Of a DNA stretch of 20,000 nucleotides, positions 15,780-20,000 are shown piece by piece. Position 1 is the stretch's first letter. Each line of letters begins with the position of its first letter. The position numbers were made by a program, and so were the translations under genes. The DNA is from Ferroacidibacillus organovorans (lineage in GTDB: Bacteria; Bacillota; Bacilli; Alicyclobacillales; SLC66): NCBI RefSeq assembly GCF_001642725.1, contig NZ_LSUQ01000001.1:116992-136991 (forward strand). Reading direction: 5' to 3'. The notes under the pieces were generated by a model. That model had not been told where the DNA came from, did not search any database, and worked only from the letters and a program-made list of their open reading frames with translations.

Positions 15780-17521
15780 GCAATCATCGATCCTTTCACG
15801 TGAGCCTCAATTTCTTTAGGCAAAAAGGGTGTGCCGTCAAACTTCAGATGGCTTGAAAATTCGCTGTGATTCAATCCAAAGAAACGCATGAGATGATAGA
15901 GTTGGCCTGTCGCGTTTGACTCAAAAACGATGACTTGTTTCACGCCATCCATGTACGCTTGAAGAGAAGCTACTGGAAATGGAGAGATGACGTGAACATG
16001 AGCGTGACCGACGCGCGCGCCCTGTTCGCGCAGTCGCGTAGCAGCCTCGCTGATCGGCCCGATTGAAGATCCAACACCAACCAAAAGGATGTCTGGGTTT
16101 TGATCCCCTTCGTAGGTTGTGCTGTTAGGCAATTCAACGCCCTCAAATTTGTTCAGACGCTTTTTCATCATTTGCACGTGGTTGGATGTTCCTTCATCAG
16201 GGCGCCCTACCTCGTTGTGCTCAACGCCCGTGACGTGATGAATGCCGCCTTTTTGACCAGGGAATACACGGGGAGACACACCGTTTTTTGTTCGCTCAAA
16301 GCGCTTGAAAAGTTGGCCTGGCTCCATCTGTGCCAATTGCTCTTGCGTTGCGAGCAAACCGCGATCGATCTTTACTTGATCGTGCGCGAATTTTTCTACT
16401 GATTGACTGGCGAGCGAAAGTGCCAGGTCTGTCATGATGATGACAGGGCACTGATAAACCTCTGCGTAATTGAACGCTTCAACAGCCGCATAAAAACATT
16501 CTTCAGCCGTCGCTGGGGTCAGCACAACCTTCTGAATTTCACCGTGCGTCCCAAACATGGCTTGATACATATCGCTTTGCTCGTGTTTTGTAGGAAGTCC
16601 GGTGCTAGGTCCGCCGCGCTGCGTGTCAACGATGACGACAGGCTGTTCGGTCATTCCGGCGAGACCCAATGCCTCCATCATGAGCGAAAAACCTGGCCCT
16701 GACGTCGCTGTAAGCGTTCGTGCGCCCGCATAGGAGGCCCCGATCGTCATATTGAGTGCCGCGATTTCGTCTTCTGTTTGAACAACGACACCGCCGACTT
16801 TAGGAAGCTTTTTAATCAGATATTCCATCACGTCAGAAGCCGGAGTGATCGGGTATGCGGGCATGACGCGTACGCCGGCTGCAAGTGCTCCGAATGCGAT
16901 TGCGTCATTTCCAATCATGAGCAGGTGTTCGTCCGGGGTTGGTGACGCGAGCGCAAAGTCAGGAAAAGCTACATTCTGAGCCTTCATTGCGTCGTAACCG
17001 GCCATGACAGCCGCTTGGTTTTGCTCAACAATTTTCTGGCTTTTGCGTCCAAAAAGGCTTTGAAGAACGGGTGTGCAAAAATCAGGCGAGAGCCCCATCA
17101 CAAACGCGGTTGCACCGAGAGCCACCATATTTTTCATAATGGCAGCACCGTTTTGTTCGGCGATTTTCGTAAAGGGGATGGCAAATAGCAAGACATCGCT
17201 CGCCGTATTTTCTGGGAGAACGGGATTGAATTTTGCGTCACCAATCACAACGCCGCCTATGCGAAGCTCATGTGCGTTCAGGTCAATGGTTTCCTGGTCG
17301 AACGCGACGAGGATATCGAGTTGGTCGGCACTTGAATGCTTCTGTTTGGTGCTTACGCGGACCTTGTCGTTCGTATGGCCACCTTTAATTCGGGAAGAAA
17401 AATGTCTGTAAGAGTAAATATAGTACCCCATGCGATTGAGCGAGGTGGCAAACGTTTTGCCTGTGGAATCGATCCCTTCACCTTGCTGACCGCCAACTTT
17501 CCACGATAGTTCTTGCAACAT
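15767..17521 (-). CDS. 2-oxoacid:acceptor oxidoreductase alpha subunit
   Basis: WKVGGQQGEG, YPITP, EDEIAA, TSGPG, QRGGPSTGLPT. AAAGGAG RBS; start is ATG 17521 or 17530, not 17677. Confidence 0.93.
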   Translation of the reverse strand: MLQELSWKVGGQQGEGIDSTGKTFATSLNRMGYYIYSYRHFSSRIKGGHTNDKVRVSTKQKHSSADQLDILVAFDQETIDLNAHELRIGGVVIGDAKFNPVLPENTASDVLLFAIPFTKIAEQNGAAIMKNMVALGATAFVMGLSPDFCTPVLQSLFGRKSQKIVEQNQAAVMAGYDAMKAQNVAFPDFALASPTPDEHLLMIGNDAIAFGALAAGVRVMPAYPITPASDVMEYLIKKLPKVGGVVVQTEDEIAALNMTIGASYAGARTLTATSGPGFSLMMEALGLAGMTEQPVVIVDTQRGGPSTGLPTKHEQSDMYQAMFGTHGEIQKVVLTPATAEECFYAAVEAFNYAEVYQCPVIIMTDLALSLASQSVEKFAHDQVKIDRGLLATQEQLAQMEPGQLFKRFERTKNGVSPRVFPGQKGGIHHVTGVEHNEVGRPDEGTSNHVQMMKKRLNKFEGVELPNSTTYEGDQNPDILLVGVGSSIGPISEAATRLREQGARVGHAHVHVISPFPVASLQAYMDGVKQVIVFESNATGQLYHLMRFFGLNHSEFSSHLKFDGTPFLPKEIEAHVKGSMIAWQR

Positions 17522-17561
17522 GTGCGTCATGCACTCCTTTCGCGCCCGTGTAGCGCGCGTA

Positions 17562-18521
17562 TCAATGTCGAAACGTGTCAGCGAGCGCTGCGCGCAGCAG
17601 ATTGACGGATGCGACATCAGGTTGAAACACAAACTCAATGACGTGCTGTTTGCGTTTGCAATAGGCCTCAATCTCACGCCGTCGTCCAGGCGATACGATC
17701 AAGGCATCCTGTGAACCGACAAACGCCCTTACCCGTTCTGCATCCGCATCCGTATGAACGCTGACGTGCAACTCTTCTAGACGAGCCTGACGGAGCGCGT
17801 TGAGCACCTTACCCGCGAAATTTTCGCTTTTACAGATAAGGCCGACGCGCTTTTCCTGAGGAATGCGTGCAACTTTTACGATCGTCTCAAGCTCAGGGTC
17901 AAGTGACACAGCGATAACTTGCTGAGAGGATCCGATGAGTTGTTGCACTTCGTCAAGATGGAAAAATGTCGTGATCACAAGTCGGGCGCGTTCGAGAATC
18001 GAGCGCTCTTTTTGAGATGCATCTTTCAACTCTTCCAACAAGAGTGGCGTGATGTGAATACCGCCAAACTCGAGTTTGCGTGAGAAGTATTCGACTTGTT
18101 CACGGTTGCATTCAATAAAGACGACTTGAACATCATGCAAAAGCGCAGCCTTTTGCTGCGCGCGCTTTGTTGCGATGTCGACAAATTCCTCAATTGAAAA
18201 GCCGAGTTGAAGTCCCTCTTCTAATGCGACGTCAATGACTTTCGACAACAAATCGCGTCGATTTTCAAAACGCACTTTGTCATCGCGATCGCAAATAAAA
18301 GTACCGCGCCCTTGAATCGATACGAGGATTCCGTCAGCCTCCAGGTCTTGGTATGCCTGGCTGACCGTATTGCGACTTACTCCGAGGCGTTCTGACAACT
18401 CGCGTTCGGTTGGCAGTTGTTCGCCTGGTTTGCGGACGCCAGATTGAACATCCGATAAAATGTTATTCTTGACTTGGACATAGAGCGGGATGCCGTTTTT
18501 CCGAATCAATGCTGTGTCCAC
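17562..18521 (-). CDS. GntR-family transcriptional regulator with a long C-terminal effector region
   Basis: PLY.QVK, PGEQLPTERELSERLGVSRNTV..AY..LE..G....QGRGTF; AGGAGG RBS, GTG start. Confidence 0.9.
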   Translation of the reverse strand: MDTALIRKNGIPLYVQVKNNILSDVQSGVRKPGEQLPTERELSERLGVSRNTVSQAYQDLEADGILVSIQGRGTFICDRDDKVRFENRRDLLSKVIDVALEEGLQLGFSIEEFVDIATKRAQQKAALLHDVQVVFIECNREQVEYFSRKLEFGGIHITPLLLEELKDASQKERSILERARLVITTFFHLDEVQQLIGSSQQVIAVSLDPELETIVKVARIPQEKRVGLICKSENFAGKVLNALRQARLEELHVSVHTDADAERVRAFVGSQDALIVSPGRRREIEAYCKRKQHVIEFVFQPDVASVNLLRAALADTFRH

Positions 18522-18551
18522 GTCATCCCCTCCTGGCGTTCCCTACAGAAA

Positions 18552-18608
18552 GGTGGATCAATCCACCAATCCATTTTCTTACCCTCTCATTATACTCCAG
18601 AGAGGGTA
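18552..18608. promoter_or_regulatory. Divergent gntR/yutE control region with two inverted repeats
   Basis: GGTGGAT-CA-ATCCACC (18552-18567). TACCCTCTC/GAGAGGGTA (18580-18608) encloses a minus-strand TATAAT. Confidence 0.55.
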
Positions 18609-18660
18609 GATGAAAAGGGAATTGCCTATGGATTTGCAAAAAAATATTGGAGGAATGTGT

Positions 18661-19110
18661 GTGTTTATTACTGGAGAGGTCAAGAAACGGCTCGCGGCGT
18701 TGAGCCAATTGATCTGTCAGTACGCAAGGGATTTGGAACGGTCTCAGGCAGCACGGAAATCGACTTCTGACGAGGTCATGCGCAGATTGTTCGACTACGC
18801 GAGTGTGCGCTGCATTCACGGAATGATCGAGGCGTTTGCGGATTCGGGCAATCAGTTGATCGATGCCCTGGTCATGCGAGATCCAGCGAGTTACCGAGAT
18901 ATTATCGAGATTCTCGGAGATGAATCGGTCATTCCTCGTGAGACCGTTCTCGTTCTTGGGGAAATGATGGAGAAACGCCGCCAACTGATTGATTCTTTTT
19001 CAAAAATCGATCAAGAGATTGAGTCGATTGAACGCATCGTCCCGCAAATCGTGCAGGCTGCGCTTGCGATGAACGACTATGTTCAATCTAATTCACAAGA
19101 AATCGATTGA
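18661..19110 (+). CDS. yutE: YutE-like DUF86 (HEPN-fold) protein
   Basis: IE...D.GN.LID..VMRDP.SY.DI..IL.DE.VI matches B. subtilis YutE as recalled; GGAGG 7 nt before GTG 18661. Confidence 0.8.
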   Translation: MFITGEVKKRLAALSQLICQYARDLERSQAARKSTSDEVMRRLFDYASVRCIHGMIEAFADSGNQLIDALVMRDPASYRDIIEILGDESVIPRETVLVLGEMMEKRRQLIDSFSKIDQEIESIERIVPQIVQAALAMNDYVQSNSQEID

Positions 19111-19149
19111 CGGTAGGTTCGCATTTGATTGAAACAAACTGTTTGGCGC

Positions 19150-19812
19150 TTAAGGCGCCATGTCGTCGCTATGCGCCGTCTCGAAAACATAGACTTTGAC
19201 ATGATGTTTTACGCCGAAGATTCGAGCGTCTTCATCGCTCGAAAAAAAGACGTCGATATGTTTTCCTTTAATAGCGCCACCCACATCCTCCGCTACGCGA
19301 TACCCCACGCCGTCGATATAGACGAGCGAGCCGAGTGGAATCAAGCGTGGGTCTACGGCGATGGTGTGACGAGGTTTAGCGCGTTTGCCAGTGGCGGTGA
19401 TTCCGTAGCCTGGATCACCTGGGTGTTTGCCTGTTGATTCAAAACCAGGGCCGTATGCGGTTAATTGACAGTCATACGTACTCTTTACAGAAATGGAACC
19501 CGCCTTCGCCACGACGTCCATCACAGGGGCGAGTGAGACCATGGTGGCGACGGATGGAGCAGTCGTTTGTTCACGTTTATGTCTACGTCTAGACCGATCT
19601 GTAGAGTGAGGATGGACCGCCGCTACGTTGTGCGCGTTCATGTATTGCGTTCGTGTGACGCTCTTTTGTAAAGTGGAGCGATGCGCCGCCGCTTGATCGC
19701 GCACTGAACTGTGAACGGTGGGATACGCATGCGTAACCTCGGGTACAGATAATACCGTGGCAATCGAGAGTAGTGTTCTCAATGCCACGGCACGTATGGA
19801 AACCATGAACAA
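19150..19812 (-). CDS. Secreted 3D-domain protein
   Basis: Signal peptide; LTAY, GITATG, IAVDPRLIPLGS.VYI.G.G...AEDVGGAIKGKHIDVF. Start is TTG 19812 or ATG 19806. Confidence 0.88.
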   Translation of the reverse strand: MFMVSIRAVALRTLLSIATVLSVPEVTHAYPTVHSSVRDQAAAHRSTLQKSVTRTQYMNAHNVAAVHPHSTDRSRRRHKREQTTAPSVATMVSLAPVMDVVAKAGSISVKSTYDCQLTAYGPGFESTGKHPGDPGYGITATGKRAKPRHTIAVDPRLIPLGSLVYIDGVGYRVAEDVGGAIKGKHIDVFFSSDEDARIFGVKHHVKVYVFETAHSDDMAP

Positions 19813-19847
19813 ACATCACCCCTTCGGAGGATTTGAGATGCCGACAC

Positions 19848-19878
19848 TAACCTTTCCCTAGGATTGAGCGAAATATGC
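19848..19878 (-). promoter_or_regulatory. Possible sigma-F/G-type promoter of the 3D gene
   Basis: Minus strand GCATA, 15 nt, GGGAAAGGTTA, resembling GYATA-N15-GGnnAnAnT. Confidence 0.35.
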
Positions 19879-19923
19879 ATACCCAGAAAAAGTCGGTAAA
19901 AGCGCCTTAATTTACAAACTCGA

Positions 19924-20000
19924 TTTTTTAATAAAAGGTTTGACATGATGCGCGAGGGGTGATATATTACTCCTTGTCGCCGCGAGGCTGACACGAAGAA
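19924..20000 (+). promoter_or_regulatory. Strong sigma-A promoter and leader start, rrn/tRNA-operon-like
   Basis: AT-rich UP element, TTGACA (19940-19945), 17 nt, TATATT (19963-19968) with TGn, predicted G start ~19976 followed by a GTCGCC-GCGA-GGC hairpin. Confidence 0.65.

Noticed and set aside
17531..17677. N-terminal extension of the oxidoreductase alpha subunit in the ORF track
   Set aside because: Overlaps gntR; the RBS and homologous start lie at 17521-17540.
18661..19110. HEPN-MNT toxin-antitoxin system
   Set aside because: No adjacent nucleotidyltransferase and the R-X4-6-H motif is absent (RRQLIDSF); fits housekeeping YutE.

Overview
A ~50% GC chromosomal core region from a spore-forming Bacillota member (Bacillales-like orthologues; Alicyclobacillaceae is a guess). 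No mobile elements or CRISPR arrays are visible. In order: 3' end of a beta-type glnA; nfo-mtnE; a SpoIID-domain/secreted-protein pair; ywhD-speA; a c-di-AMP (ydaO/yuaA) riboswitch ahead of a LysM-3D cell-wall enzyme; a BCP peroxiredoxin; iscA/sufA; dedA; a GT2; yunC; a B12 radical SAM; DUF212; small hypotheticals; an S/T-rich lipoprotein; gntR-korAB-like (2-oxoacid:ferredoxin oxidoreductase); yutE; a second 3D protein; and a strong rrn-like promoter at the right edge. The main finding is that bcp has an in-frame TGA exactly at its peroxidatic Cys, followed directly by a long stem-loop. This makes it a candidate selenoprotein or UGA-recoded gene, which the ORF track truncates. Other items missed by the track are a probable CTG start for dedA, a 59-aa ORF with a strong RBS, and inverted repeats that repeatedly bracket -10 boxes.
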